A DNA stretch of 64,000 nucleotides from a virus, in IMG/VR virus record IMGVR_UViG_3300050821_006672, positions 45,476-109,475 of that record. The stretch is one strand, 5' to 3'. The position numbers were made by a program, and so were the translations under genes. Of the stretch, positions 49,198 through 59,396 are shown one piece after another; the first letter of the stretch is position 1, and the number at the start of each line of letters is the position of its first letter. The notes below the pieces were generated by a model. That model was not told the DNA's origin and searched no databases. It saw only the letters and a program-made list of their open reading frames with translations.

Positions 49198-49521
49198 ATG
49201 CAAGTCGTCCCGCTTCAATCCGTTCCTAACCAGATTGTGAACGTTGGCTTGACGAATCAGCAGTGCACCGTTTCGCTTCATCAGAAAACGACTGGTTTGT
49301 TCTTTGATCTATCAGTTGCGGGCGGGGTTATCATTACAGGGGTGCTTTGCCTCGATCAGAATTTGTTAGTACGCAATACCTATCTTGGATTTGTAGGCGA
49401 CCTGGCCTTTTTCGATACTCAGGGAACCAATGATCCTGACTACACAGGTCTCGGCGGGCGCTACCAATTGGTCTACCTAGCGCCCGGTGACATTACGGGC
49501 CTTCCGCCTGGGGTAAGTTGA
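49198..49521 (+). CDS. Baseplate protein (plug-like)
   Basis: PLQSVPNQ, YLGFVGDLAFFDTQG and DPDYTGLGGRYQL motifs. Confidence 0.8.
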   Translation: MQVVPLQSVPNQIVNVGLTNQQCTVSLHQKTTGLFFDLSVAGGVIITGVLCLDQNLLVRNTYLGFVGDLAFFDTQGTNDPDYTGLGGRYQLVYLAPGDITGLPPGVS

Positions 49522-49522
49522 C

Positions 49523-50476
49523 TTGGTTCTCAACGTAGGAACCATAACTCCGACTCGTCTTCTAGGAGGACAACCGTCTTTCGTCCAACGACTACTTAGG
49601 TTCACGTTTACGCTTGCCTCACAGCAAGTATCCGGCAAGCTCAACACATTTACGAGTTCTGGTGGGGCAAATACAGCAGTCGTTTCTAACCTCAGGTCCT
49701 CTGCTAGGATCACTGGCGCAGGCAGTCCCGTTCCCGGAAGGCTCGACTTACAGATTTGGGGCATGCCCCAGAACTTGATGGATAATCTCTCGACGTTGGG
49801 AATGATTATCAATATTGGAACTCGTAACACGGTGACGATAGAGGCCGGCGACAACGTAAATGGCTTCGCTACTGTCTACATTGGCCAGATTGTGAACTGT
49901 TGGGGCGCCTACGAGAACGTCCCGGAGGTGCCTTTCCATATAGAGTCACAGACTGTCGTGGGCGACCAAGTAATCCCAGCGTCTCCCACGACCGTCCCGG
50001 GCTCGGCCGACGCGGCAACTATCTTGTCTGGGCTGGCCCAGCAGATGGCCCTGCGGTTTGAGAATAATGGCGTCAGTGTCAAGCTATCCAATGCTTATTA
50101 CTACGGGTCGCCCTGGGATCAGGCGCAGCAGGTTGCTCGCGACGCAGGCATTGGTATGGTCCGAGAAAACGGTGTTTTAGCGATCTGGCCCCAGAATGGT
50201 TCACGCGGCGGCGCAATTCCCCAGGTAGACCCAAGTCACGGACTAATTGGTTATCCAACTTACGTTGCGAACGGGATAGAGATCAGGACCGTATTCAATC
50301 CTTCGATTACTCTGGGCGGGCAGATTAGTGTGGAGAGCACGTTGAAAGAAGCGAGCAAGACATGGCGGGTATTCGCCCTTAACCACTCGTTGGACTCGCT
50401 CCTGCCTAATGGCCTGTGGGAATCACGAATAGCCTGCTCGCCGCTTGCAACAACGCCCATCTTACCACCATTCTAA
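49523..50476 (+). CDS. Baseplate hub protein
   Basis: LQIWGM, IEAGD, FENNGV and GLIGYP motifs. Confidence 0.8.
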   Translation: MVLNVGTITPTRLLGGQPSFVQRLLRFTFTLASQQVSGKLNTFTSSGGANTAVVSNLRSSARITGAGSPVPGRLDLQIWGMPQNLMDNLSTLGMIINIGTRNTVTIEAGDNVNGFATVYIGQIVNCWGAYENVPEVPFHIESQTVVGDQVIPASPTTVPGSADAATILSGLAQQMALRFENNGVSVKLSNAYYYGSPWDQAQQVARDAGIGMVRENGVLAIWPQNGSRGGAIPQVDPSHGLIGYPTYVANGIEIRTVFNPSITLGGQISVESTLKEASKTWRVFALNHSLDSLLPNGLWESRIACSPLATTPILPPF

Positions 50477-50595
50477 AATAGACTATGACTGGGTTCTATC
50501 TCAATGAGAGTTTGCTCCTGGGAATAGCTATCGGAGTAGTGTTATTTGGCATCTTGGTATTGAGCTTCATGCTCTAACTCGAAAGGACAACGAAA

Positions 50596-51036
50596 ATGAC
50601 CGGCTCAGCTCTGTTTGATTTCTTCATCGCTCTAATCTTGTTGGCTGGGGCTGTGACCTTGTTCTTCTACGCAATCGAAGGCATGTCGCCTAACGAGCTC
50701 TTTACAAGAATTGCGCGACTAGCCATTGGGTTGGTCGCGGTTGTGGTGTTTCTATACGCGATAAAAGGGGTATTCTTTGGAGGAGGTGGCGGCGTCAGTA
50801 TTACGCCTTTCGGCGTAGTGCAATTTGCAATTGGAATTATTGTAGTTCTGGTAGTAATATACGTAGTGAAATGGGGTGTATCGTTTTTCTTACCTCAATT
50901 TTCAGAACCTATACTGTACGTGGTCGGAGCAATAGCCTTGATCGCACTGCTGGCGCTGTTCGCACAGATATTTTTCGGAGGTGGCCTGACCTTTGGGAAT
51001 GTTGGCAGCCGCCCGGCGATTAGCCAGCAGAGGTAA
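50596..51036 (+). CDS. Four-TM membrane protein (holin-like?)
   Basis: Four hydrophobic segments; AAGGA RBS. Confidence 0.6.
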   Translation: MTGSALFDFFIALILLAGAVTLFFYAIEGMSPNELFTRIARLAIGLVAVVVFLYAIKGVFFGGGGGVSITPFGVVQFAIGIIVVLVVIYVVKWGVSFFLPQFSEPILYVVGAIALIALLALFAQIFFGGGLTFGNVGSRPAISQQR

Positions 51037-51039
51037 AAC

Positions 51040-51568
51040 TGTGGACCCTACCGTCCAAGTCGCGTTGATCGTAGCCATATTTGCGTTTGTTGGCCCAGTA
51101 GTTATGGCTGCTGTTACGTATTTGGTTCATCGTAGCGAAAAGAAACAGGATTACGCTCGACAGGACGCCGTGGCCGCCAACGCGGCCGAAGCCGCGCGTA
51201 AGCTATCGATCAGGCAGGACCAGACCGCGGCGAAAGCCGACATCGTTGCTGAATCCTTGTTGGCTTCTAATGAACGCGTCGCAGAAACTGCAAAGACGGC
51301 CGCCGATGGGCTTGTGGTCACGAACACCAAGCTCGACCTGATCCACACGCTGGTCAATAGCCAGATGACTGCGGCTATGGAAGCCGAATTAATGGCAACC
51401 CAGCGTGAACTAGCAATGATGCGGGAGGTGGTTTCCTTGAAGACTGCTGCGGGTCACGAACCAAGTACAGAAGCTCTTGGAGAGATCAGTGCGACTGAGA
51501 AGAAGGTCTCGGAACTGCGGGCAAAGTTGGCGGATCGTTCAAAAACAGCGTTAGGTCTAACGACCTAA
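51040..51568 (+). CDS. N-terminal TM plus coiled-coil protein
   Basis: GTG start after GAGG; TM helix; IHTLVNS motif. Confidence 0.6.
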
Positions 51569-51624
51569 TCCCTTCGACCTAATCTTCGCGCGACTTTTAT
51601 TCCTGAAGGTGTCAGGGTAAGGTA

Positions 51625-52261
51625 TTGAAAAGGAACAGGAAGGTGGTGGCTTCTAAGACGACAACCGTGGAGCCCAAAGTGGCGAATGGAAATGGCAATG
51701 GCACAAGTCAAGTGCTGCCTTGGGTTTTCGCGGGTGTTGGTATGGTGGGAGCCATCGTCGTATTTGTGTGGGGGCAGATCAATCCGAAAGTTGATATTGG
51801 GAATGTTAAGACGGACCTCAGCGAGCGCATATTGCAGGGAGAACAGAGAAACCACGATACCGATGCCGCTCTGAAGAAGGACATTGAAGAGGTAAAACGT
51901 TTGGTGGATTCAAGGCTAACAATAGCTGAGCACAAGGAATATACGCTGCGAGTAGATAATGAATTGAAGCGGATTGATGACGTAGTTCGTATGCTAGCTC
52001 AAACGCGTGTCCACAGAACAGAATACGAGAGAGAGAGAGCTGACGAACATTACAGATCGGATGACTGCGTTGCGAATGGTAGTCGAGAAAGTTCAATCTG
52101 ACATATTTGGTAGCTACAACGTTGGCAAGCAACTCGACAATCTTCAGGCACAGCAAGTCAAGCAGGCTGAAATTACGGCGGCGCAGATTGCGGAGTTGCG
52201 CCGCTCATTGGATATGCGGCAACCAGCAGTAGTTTCACCTACAATAAGAGTGCCGCAGTGA
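51625..52261 (+). pseudogene. TM plus coiled-coil gene split by a frame switch at (GA)6G
   Basis: ORFs 51625..52101 and 52007..52261 join in frame if the GA tract at 52027-52039 gains one unit or loses two. Confidence 0.55.
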
Positions 52262-52986
52262 ATGAGTTCGGCTATGGACAGCTACAGCCGGTCGATACGG
52301 CCGACGAGTATTCTGTTATCTCGTTTATTGTCCGCCAACTCATCAACAAGATCAGTACCCTTATCCCTGTTAAGATTGTGTCCGTTCATGTTCAAGGCGG
52401 TGTAGCGCCTGCGGGAACTGTGGACGTACAACCGCTTGTAGCCCTCTTAGACGGCGCTGGGAATGCCTCGCAGCACGGGATTGTCTACGGCCTGCCCTAC
52501 CTTAGACTACAAAGCGGTACTACAGCAATCATTATGGACCCGGTGCCTGGGGATATTGGCTTCATCATCTGCGCCGACCACGATATTTCAGCCGTAAAGA
52601 GTACCAAGGCGGCAGCGCCTCCAGGCTCTCGCCGACGTTTCTCGTTGTCGGATGGCATCTATTTTGGGGGCTTCTTAGGTCCGACGCCTCAACAATACAT
52701 TCAGATCAGTTCTACGGGCCTGACACTTGCCGACAGCAGCGGCAACACGATATCTACCGGACCGACTGGAATTACGCTTTCGGGAACGAACATCATTGTA
52801 AGCGGAAATTTGCAGCTTATCAATGGCACAATCCAAGGCGCTAACGGCGCGACCTACAGTGGCAATATTACGACTACAGGAACAGTTACTGGCAGCAATG
52901 TTCAAGCGGGAAGCATCGACTTGCTAAACCACAAACACAGTGGCGTTACGGTGGGTGGGGGCAGTACAGGACCAGCATTCGGATGA
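52258..52986 (+). CDS. Baseplate central spike protein
   Basis: VDVQPLV, PYLRLQSG, DPVPGDIG and RRFSLSDG; apex HKHSGV. Confidence 0.87.
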   Translation: MNEFGYGQLQPVDTADEYSVISFIVRQLINKISTLIPVKIVSVHVQGGVAPAGTVDVQPLVALLDGAGNASQHGIVYGLPYLRLQSGTTAIIMDPVPGDIGFIICADHDISAVKSTKAAAPPGSRRRFSLSDGIYFGGFLGPTPQQYIQISSTGLTLADSSGNTISTGPTGITLSGTNIIVSGNLQLINGTIQGANGATYSGNITTTGTVTGSNVQAGSIDLLNHKHSGVTVGGGSTGPAFG

Positions 52987-53390
52987 GAAAACTTTTGCTT
53001 GCAATCTCGTTTCTTCTTGTAGCGGATGTGGGGCATTCTCGTACTCTCTATCCCGGTCAATGGGCTCAAGTCGATCCTGCTGAGCGCGAATGGTTCCGCT
53101 CGCAGAGGGCGCCCAATTCCAAAATCCCTTGCTGCAACGAGGCTGATGGGGCCTATGCCGAGGAAGAAATTCGTGGCGACCATTACTGGGTACGATTCAC
53201 GTGGAAGTTCCTGATGAACGGCGCTTCTCACGATATGCAGACTGATTGGGTCGAAGTACCTGAAGATGTAGTGATTAAGGACCCGAACCGGCACGGAGCG
53301 CCTGTCGTGTGGTGGGCTTGGGAAACCGGGACAACGCTAGAGACGGCTAAGGTCAGGATCAGATGCTATGCGCCGGGAGCGGGGATTTAG
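52983..53390 (+). CDS. Secreted Cys-containing hypothetical protein
   Basis: Signal peptide; WF...CCNEADG...VVW...CYAPG. Confidence 0.6.
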   Translation: MRKLLLAISFLLVADVGHSRTLYPGQWAQVDPAEREWFRSQRAPNSKIPCCNEADGAYAEEEIRGDHYWVRFTWKFLMNGASHDMQTDWVEVPEDVVIKDPNRHGAPVVWWAWETGTTLETAKVRIRCYAPGAGI

Positions 53391-53393
53391 GGT

Positions 53394-53750
53394 ATGGCTT
53401 CGACCTTGCTTCTCGACCAAAGTACCTGGGACCTCGTTGTTGACGCTTCAGGGAATATCGCGGCTGCGAGTAATCCCTACTCACTAGCCCAGGATGCAGC
53501 CAGTGAGTGTAAGACGGTTCAGGGCGAGGTTTACTACGATACAACGCGAGGCATCCCGTACTTTAGTCAGATACTAGGGCAGCGTGCTCCATTATCCCTA
53601 ATCAAGGCAAAATTGACGAGCGCAGCGCTTCTGGTCCCCGAGGTTACAAGTGTGCAAGTCTTCATCTCGGCTATTTCCAATCGTACTGTGTCGGGGCAAA
53701 TCCAAATCCCTGTGAGTGCTACGGCACAGACGATTGCGATTAACTTTTGA
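53394..53750 (+). CDS. Baseplate wedge / sheath initiator (gp25-like)
   Basis: LLLDQSTWDLVVDASGNIA...AQDAAS...GEVYYDTTRGIPY. Confidence 0.82.
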   Translation: MASTLLLDQSTWDLVVDASGNIAAASNPYSLAQDAASECKTVQGEVYYDTTRGIPYFSQILGQRAPLSLIKAKLTSAALLVPEVTSVQVFISAISNRTVSGQIQIPVSATAQTIAINF

Positions 53751-54114
53751 TGAAGGATACCCGCTCACTGTAGTATCCGTTGGATGATCCATACCACCTT
53801 ATGTCAACACTTCCTTTGATAGTCCTCAACTTATAGAAAGTCCAGGTTTGGCTTTCGTCTTCATATTCTCGTTTGAACCCCGGCGGATCGTCTTCGCTCG
53901 TCGCTTCTTCGGCAGATAAAATTGGAGTGCCGACTAGATCGGCGAGGTCGCCTGTGATGCTTTCTACAACTACCGATTCGCAGCAGTCTTGATCGTGGTA
54001 GAGTTTGAAGTGATCGCCTTCTTTAGTGCTGAATACGATCTCTTCATTATCGACGTTTCGTACGTCTGTCAGAACCTTTCCGACAAGACTTGAGAATGAT
54101 AACTCTTCTTCCAT
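53740..54114 (-). CDS. Conserved phage hypothetical protein (opposite-strand insertion)
   Basis: HDQDCCESV...TWTFYKL.T.KG.V.IRWYGSSNGYYSE; GGAG RBS before MEEE. Confidence 0.7.
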   Translation of the reverse strand: MEEELSFSSLVGKVLTDVRNVDNEEIVFSTKEGDHFKLYHDQDCCESVVVESITGDLADLVGTPILSAEEATSEDDPPGFKREYEDESQTWTFYKLRTIKGSVDIRWYGSSNGYYSERVSFIKS

Positions 54115-54131
54115 TTTGGTTTCTCCCATAA

Positions 54132-55796
54132 ATGACAACCAACGTTCCCCCGATCACTTTTACCATTACGGGCTTCACGGGTCCGAATGATAGTACCATA
54201 CTATCCGGCGTACAGGCGGATATCAATGCCGCGTTCGGCGGTAACCTTAACCCTAGCCTTACGACGCCACAAGGGCAACTTGCATCGTCCTTTACCTCGA
54301 TCGTCAGCGAGGTCAACGCTACCTTCCTCCTATTCCAGAATCTAGTAGACCCATCATACACTTTTGGCAGGTTTCAGGATGGCATCGGCCGTATTTATTT
54401 CCTCAATCGTAATCCAGCGCTCCCAACGACGGTTCAGGCAATCTGTTCGGGGCTCGCAGGCGTTACAATTCCAATCGGTGCCCTCGCACAAGCGGCAGAC
54501 GGATCAATTTACGCTTGTACTGGGTCTGGTACCATCCCCTCTACTGGATCAATTACATTATCTTTCGCCAATAACGCTGTCGGACCAATCCCCTGTCCCG
54601 CAGGAACTCTCAATGTCATTTACCAGGCCGTCCCCGGTTGGGATTCCGTCAACAACCCCTCCGATGGAGTACTCGGCCAGAACACAGAAAGCCGAACCCA
54701 ATTTGAACAGAGACGTGCTGCCTCAGTCGCTGGCAATTCACGAGGGGCCGTCCAGTCTGTGCTGGGAGCCGTCCTTGCTGTCCCGGGAGTACTGGGGGCG
54801 TATGTCACAGAAAACCCTAACGCTACCTCGTTAACGATACAGGGCTTTACGCTTGCTCCTAACTCTCTCTACGTAGCTGTTGCGGGAGGCGCAGCATCGG
54901 CCGTAGCGCAGGCGGTCTGGTCTAAGAAGGCTCCAGGGTGCGCATACAATGGCAACACGACCTTTACGGTACAGGACACTTCCACCGGCTACTCGCCTCC
55001 TTTTCCGTCTTATACTGTTACTTGGCAGACGCCGACCGCGCTCCCAATCGTCTTTTCCGTCAATCTTGTATCCACACCGCAAGTCCCTTCTAACGCTAAT
55101 ACGCTAGTACAAAATGCAATTGTTAACGCCTTTGCAGGAGGGGACGGTGGCACAGTCGCAACAATTGGCTCAACGATACTCGCGAGCCGCTATTATCCTC
55201 CTGTGTCTGCGCTTGGCCCTTGGGCGCAGATACGCTCGCTCCAGATTGGTTCGGCTAACACCGCCTCAGCCTCTGTCCTCGGGTATGTTCAAGGAACAAC
55301 TCTATCCGTTACGACGCTTCAGTCTGGGCTGCTTGCAGTCGGACAAACTCTGGTTGGAGGCTCCGTCGGGGGTTCCAGTGCTGCTGGCGGCTCGGGTATC
55401 GTTGCAGGAACTACAATCACTGCTCTAGGTAGCGGCGTAGGTGGGACCGGCACTTATACAATCTCAATATCGCAGAACCTAGGCGCATCATTTATTGGGA
55501 CGAGCGGGAGTGGCGCGACGCTGACTGTGGCTTCAATCAATGGGGCGATAGGAATAGGAGACACGCTTTCCAATGGCACGGCGGTCGGGGCAGGGATAAC
55601 GATTACGGGGCAACTATCCGGTACGATTGGTGGCAATGGGATTTACACTACATCCTCGCAATTGAGCTTGTCTGGGTTGGCGATGCAGGCAAACGTTCCT
55701 ATACAAGGGGTGCTAGCGAACCAGAACTCGGTAAGCGTCAACATCAACCAGATACCGACAATCAACATCGCGAATATTGCTGTGACGGTCACCTAG
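54132..55796 (+). CDS. Baseplate J protein with inserted Gly/Thr-rich modules
   Basis: TTPQGQLA, GRFQDGIGRIYFLNR, ESRTQFEQRR and KKAPGCAYNG motifs. Confidence 0.9.
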   Translation: MTTNVPPITFTITGFTGPNDSTILSGVQADINAAFGGNLNPSLTTPQGQLASSFTSIVSEVNATFLLFQNLVDPSYTFGRFQDGIGRIYFLNRNPALPTTVQAICSGLAGVTIPIGALAQAADGSIYACTGSGTIPSTGSITLSFANNAVGPIPCPAGTLNVIYQAVPGWDSVNNPSDGVLGQNTESRTQFEQRRAASVAGNSRGAVQSVLGAVLAVPGVLGAYVTENPNATSLTIQGFTLAPNSLYVAVAGGAASAVAQAVWSKKAPGCAYNGNTTFTVQDTSTGYSPPFPSYTVTWQTPTALPIVFSVNLVSTPQVPSNANTLVQNAIVNAFAGGDGGTVATIGSTILASRYYPPVSALGPWAQIRSLQIGSANTASASVLGYVQGTTLSVTTLQSGLLAVGQTLVGGSVGGSSAAGGSGIVAGTTITALGSGVGGTGTYTISISQNLGASFIGTSGSGATLTVASINGAIGIGDTLSNGTAVGAGITITGQLSGTIGGNGIYTTSSQLSLSGLAMQANVPIQGVLANQNSVSVNINQIPTINIANIAVTVT

Positions 55797-55801
55797 CGCG
55801 T

Positions 55802-56089
55802 ATGATTAGATATTACATTGAGGACAATAACATGCGGGGTGAGCAGGTTGGTAGCCTGGGCAGGCTTTGGAAGGCATTCAAGATGCTTTTCACGGCCTGC
55901 TTCTCGGAAGAGACTTTTGGTTCGAATCCAACACCTCCGCACCATTTTTCAGAAAACAAGTCGGAGCGAGAAATCCGCCTCCGACTTAAGGAAGCTCGTC
56001 GCCGCTTTCGAAGAAGGCTTCAAAAAGAAAAGCCCTATTTGAGTCAACGGGAGCTGGACGCGCAAGCCAAGTTTAGTAATTTGTCATGA
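55802..56089 (+). CDS. Hypothetical basic protein (inserted gene; true start probably further downstream)
   Basis: Follows a GCGTATGATTAG motif; GAGG precedes MRGEQ. Confidence 0.45.
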   Translation: MIRYYIEDNNMRGEQVGSLGRLWKAFKMLFTACFSEETFGSNPTPPHHFSENKSEREIRLRLKEARRRFRRRLQKEKPYLSQRELDAQAKFSNLS

Positions 56090-56279
56090 CTAAGTACCAA
56101 CTTGGAGTTCTGGTGTTTGTTGTAGCGTTTGCCTACTCGGCACTTCTTTGGAACCTGGACCTATACAATCTGAGTGTTCTGCTTATGCTGATGAGCCTTG
56201 TTTTGTCCGTAACGATACTTTGGGAAATATGCCGGCCTAAGAAGACTAGGAAGAAGCTTCGCTAGAGTATGATTTAGGT

Positions 56280-57038
56280 ATGGATAAGAATCGCATTGTG
56301 ATTTGGTGGTCTACGGGCGCGGCTAGCGCAGTCGCGGCGCGTATTGTTTTAGCTGAAACGCCAAAGGCGATGCTGGTTCGAACTGAAACAAATAATGAAG
56401 ACCCAGATAATTACCGATTTGAGAAGGATGTCTTGCACTTTTTAGGAGTACCGCTGACAATTCTCCAATCTGATAAGTACAATAGCGTTTACGACGTTTG
56501 GGTTGGGGAAAGGTATATGGCAGGAATCCACGGAGCGTCTTGCTCTCGTGCAATGAAGGTGCGGCCTCGCTTAAGCTTTTCCAAGCCCTACGATCTTAAC
56601 GTATTTGGCTACACATTCGACAAGAATGATAGGAATAGATTTCAAAGGCTGAAAGACAACTACCCAGAAATGAAGGTCCGCGCTCCGCTGATTGAGCAAA
56701 AATTTACTAAAGCCCACTGCCTTTCGTTGATAAAGCGCTGGGGAATTGAACTTCCTCGGTCTTACGCAATGGGCTTTCCTAACGCTAATTGCTTGCAAAC
56801 AGGTTGCGTAAAGGCGGGCAGTCCGGATTATTGGTCTCTATACCGCAAGCATTTCCCCGAGCAGTTTGCTAAGACGGCTGCTCTTGCGAGAGAGTTGGGG
56901 ATTCAACTAGCCACAATTAAAGGCGAGCGCGTATTCATAGACGAAATTCCTGCGAACTGGCCTACAACTCGGCCGATAGTTCCCGTTTGCGATTTCTTGT
57001 GCCAAGCCTCAGCCTTGGAACTCGACTTTTTGACGTAA
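56280..57038 (+). CDS. PAPS-reductase-like (adenine nucleotide alpha hydrolase) protein
   Basis: PP-loop-like WSTGAASAVAA; CSRAMK, GFPNANC..GCVKAG and CDFLC. Confidence 0.75.
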   Translation: MDKNRIVIWWSTGAASAVAARIVLAETPKAMLVRTETNNEDPDNYRFEKDVLHFLGVPLTILQSDKYNSVYDVWVGERYMAGIHGASCSRAMKVRPRLSFSKPYDLNVFGYTFDKNDRNRFQRLKDNYPEMKVRAPLIEQKFTKAHCLSLIKRWGIELPRSYAMGFPNANCLQTGCVKAGSPDYWSLYRKHFPEQFAKTAALARELGIQLATIKGERVFIDEIPANWPTTRPIVPVCDFLCQASALELDFLT

Positions 57039-57046
57039 ATGGATCG

Positions 57047-57706
57047 TTGAATTTGTCCGGCCCTCCATACCCCCCGCTGCCAACCGACAACAGCCTCGGA
57101 AACTTTGTTATCGGCGTCAGCCCGCTCGGGACTATTCCGCCATTCAACTACTGGCAGACAATCATTTCTCAATACTCCAACTCGCCGATCCTTACGACCC
57201 TCATAGGTAATTTCTTTCAGTACATAGATCAGACCGCGAACTTGGACTCATTCTTTGACAACATCTGGAACCTTACGACTGCGACTGGCGTTGGCCTCGA
57301 TATCTGGGGGCGGATCATTGGCGTTACCAGGATTTTGTTCATTCCCGGATCGCAGCGTTACTTTGGTTTCGACGAGGGGACGCTAGCCTATGACCCTTGG
57401 AACCAGTCGCCGTTCTATGCGGGCGCTCCGCTGACCCAGAACTACCTGCTCAATGATAGCGCCTACAGAACGTTGTTATATGCCAAGGCGCTGACTAACA
57501 TCTCGGACGGTAGTATTCCCTCGATCAACACTATCCTGCGCACGTTGTTTCCAAACCGGGGCAATTGCTTCGTGACCGACGGAAACAATATGACGATGAC
57601 CTACACATTCCAATTTGTGCTTACTGCCGTCGAGCTTGCAATAGTTCAGCAGACTGGGGTGTTGCCTAAGCCTGTAGGCGTTAAGGCAACGATTGTACAT
57701 CAGTAA
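57047..57706 (+). CDS. Baseplate wedge protein (DUF2612 family)
   Basis: TIISQYSNSP, TATGVGLDIWGRIIG, YRTLLYAKA and LPKPVGV motifs; start uncertain. Confidence 0.85.
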   Translation: MNLSGPPYPPLPTDNSLGNFVIGVSPLGTIPPFNYWQTIISQYSNSPILTTLIGNFFQYIDQTANLDSFFDNIWNLTTATGVGLDIWGRIIGVTRILFIPGSQRYFGFDEGTLAYDPWNQSPFYAGAPLTQNYLLNDSAYRTLLYAKALTNISDGSIPSINTILRTLFPNRGNCFVTDGNNMTMTYTFQFVLTAVELAIVQQTGVLPKPVGVKATIVHQ

Positions 57707-57715
57707 GGGGTAATC

Positions 57716-58039
57716 ATGGCCGACGTAATCAATTTGACTGGAAAGCTTCTTGAACGCATTGCCGATCAAGACGACGAGATACAGCGCCTTAAGGAAAATA
57801 CTCCTGGAATTGTGACTACAGAACTGCCTCCTGTATTTGGGATGGGAACGTCGGAAGGGGGTTTTGAGTCAATGGATGTTGAAGCCTTCTTTAATATGCG
57901 AGGGTGGCTGCAGTCTGCTTGCGAAGCTAAAGGCGCGCGAATGACTGGAGGGGGAATGGGCTGCGGCGTTGCTGATATCGATATCGAACTTGACGGCCAT
58001 CACTACAACATAACAATTAAGCCTCTGCCCGACCGATAG
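57716..58039 (+). CDS. Hypothetical protein
   Basis: RBS present; 107 aa. Confidence 0.55.
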   Translation: MADVINLTGKLLERIADQDDEIQRLKENTPGIVTTELPPVFGMGTSEGGFESMDVEAFFNMRGWLQSACEAKGARMTGGGMGCGVADIDIELDGHHYNITIKPLPDR

Positions 58040-58048
58040 GCCCTCTCC

Positions 58049-59083
58049 ATGCAAATTAGCAACATACCCGTTAAATTCCCTATACCTTGGGGAAGCGGCG
58101 CCGTCTCGCCGACCTACATCCGTACCATCCCAGTCGCATCGCAGATTGGTATTAATCAGGGCTTTGCTTCGCTTACGGATGGGTTTCCGCCGCTCTGCTT
58201 CTCGCCTATCAATGTTGGCGGCCTCCCTCCCTTCGGGCAGGACGCTAACGGCATCCTTAAGCAGGTTACGCAGTGGTTACAGTGGCATGAGGCCGGTGGG
58301 CCTGTTATCTGGGACAGTTCCTACTCAACATCGATAGGCGGCTATCCGCAGGGCGCCGTAGTGCCTGCTGCGGCCGGGTCGAGTAGTGACCATTGGGTAT
58401 CGCTAGTCGATAACAACGCAGGAAATCCCGATGCCGGTGCTGACAATTGGAATACGTTTGGCCGTTTCGTTACTGGCGATCTCAAGTTCCGTCCTACAGG
58501 AGAAACTCTATCGGGATGGGTCAAGTGCAATGCTACAACGATAGGGAGCCCGTCATCCGGCGCGGGGCAACTAGCTAACAACGCATGCCAAGCCCTGTAT
58601 GTCTATCTGTGGGCGAATTTCTCTAACACGCAGTGCCCCGTTACAGGTGGGCGAGGTGGGAGTGCGGCGGCGGATTTTGCAGCGAATAAGTCTATCCAAG
58701 TGTTGGACCTGAGGGGCTACGGAATTATTGGTATGGATACGATGGGAGGCGGCGCGTCTACGAGGTTGACTGGAGTACCAGTAACCTCTGGGAATGCGAC
58801 TACGGCTGGATCGCTGCTCGGGGAGAACCTCCACGTGCTGACCTCTCCTGGAGAACTGCCTGCACACACCCATGGGGTAACTGATCCCACGCATACCCAC
58901 AGCTACAGCATTTTCGTACCGCAAGCGAACACTAATGCTGGCCCTAACGCTCCTGGCGGTTCGAACGGTGGGGGAACTACTGGAGCAAGCACTACAGGCT
59001 TGACCGTAAATAGCACAGGTTCTAGCGGGGGTCACAATACAGTTTCGAATGCGATCACAGGAACGTGGTACCTCAAGCTTTAG
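58049..59083 (+). CDS. Tail fibre protein with collar domain
   Basis: ASLTDGFPP...GGLPP.GQD.NGIL, GGYPQGA, WVSLVDNN, DLRG and ELPAHTH motifs. Confidence 0.85.
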   Translation: MQISNIPVKFPIPWGSGAVSPTYIRTIPVASQIGINQGFASLTDGFPPLCFSPINVGGLPPFGQDANGILKQVTQWLQWHEAGGPVIWDSSYSTSIGGYPQGAVVPAAAGSSSDHWVSLVDNNAGNPDAGADNWNTFGRFVTGDLKFRPTGETLSGWVKCNATTIGSPSSGAGQLANNACQALYVYLWANFSNTQCPVTGGRGGSAAADFAANKSIQVLDLRGYGIIGMDTMGGGASTRLTGVPVTSGNATTAGSLLGENLHVLTSPGELPAHTHGVTDPTHTHSYSIFVPQANTNAGPNAPGGSNGGGTTGASTTGLTVNSTGSSGGHNTVSNAITGTWYLKL

Positions 59084-59355
59084 TATCTGATAGCTATTAA
59101 ATCTGCCTGAAGCAATTTTCCTAGGTCCACTAATGAACTTGCTATAAGCTCCGTGTCACTCAGTGAAAGAAAATCTTGTGGATATTCTTTTCGATAATCC
59201 CTCACCTGCTTAATTAACTCATCTAAGGTTGAACCATTATTACTTTCTAACAGGTGACCCACGAGACCGTGATCTTTCCATACGTTTTTTAGGTCGGTTG
59301 ATACAGGTCGAACCTTACCGTAAGTATCGTGAGTATTTCGATAAAACTTAATCAT
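59080..59355 (-). CDS. AT-rich hypothetical protein (opposite-strand insertion)
   Basis: GAGGAG RBS before MIKFYR; upstream minus-strand CGTATGAT motif; visibly lower GC. Confidence 0.55.
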   Translation of the reverse strand: MIKFYRNTHDTYGKVRPVSTDLKNVWKDHGLVGHLLESNNGSTLDELIKQVRDYRKEYPQDFLSLSDTELIASSLVDLGKLLQADLIAIRY

Positions 59356-59396
59356 ATCTGTTTCTCCTCGTATGTACGATATCATACGGAGTTACC

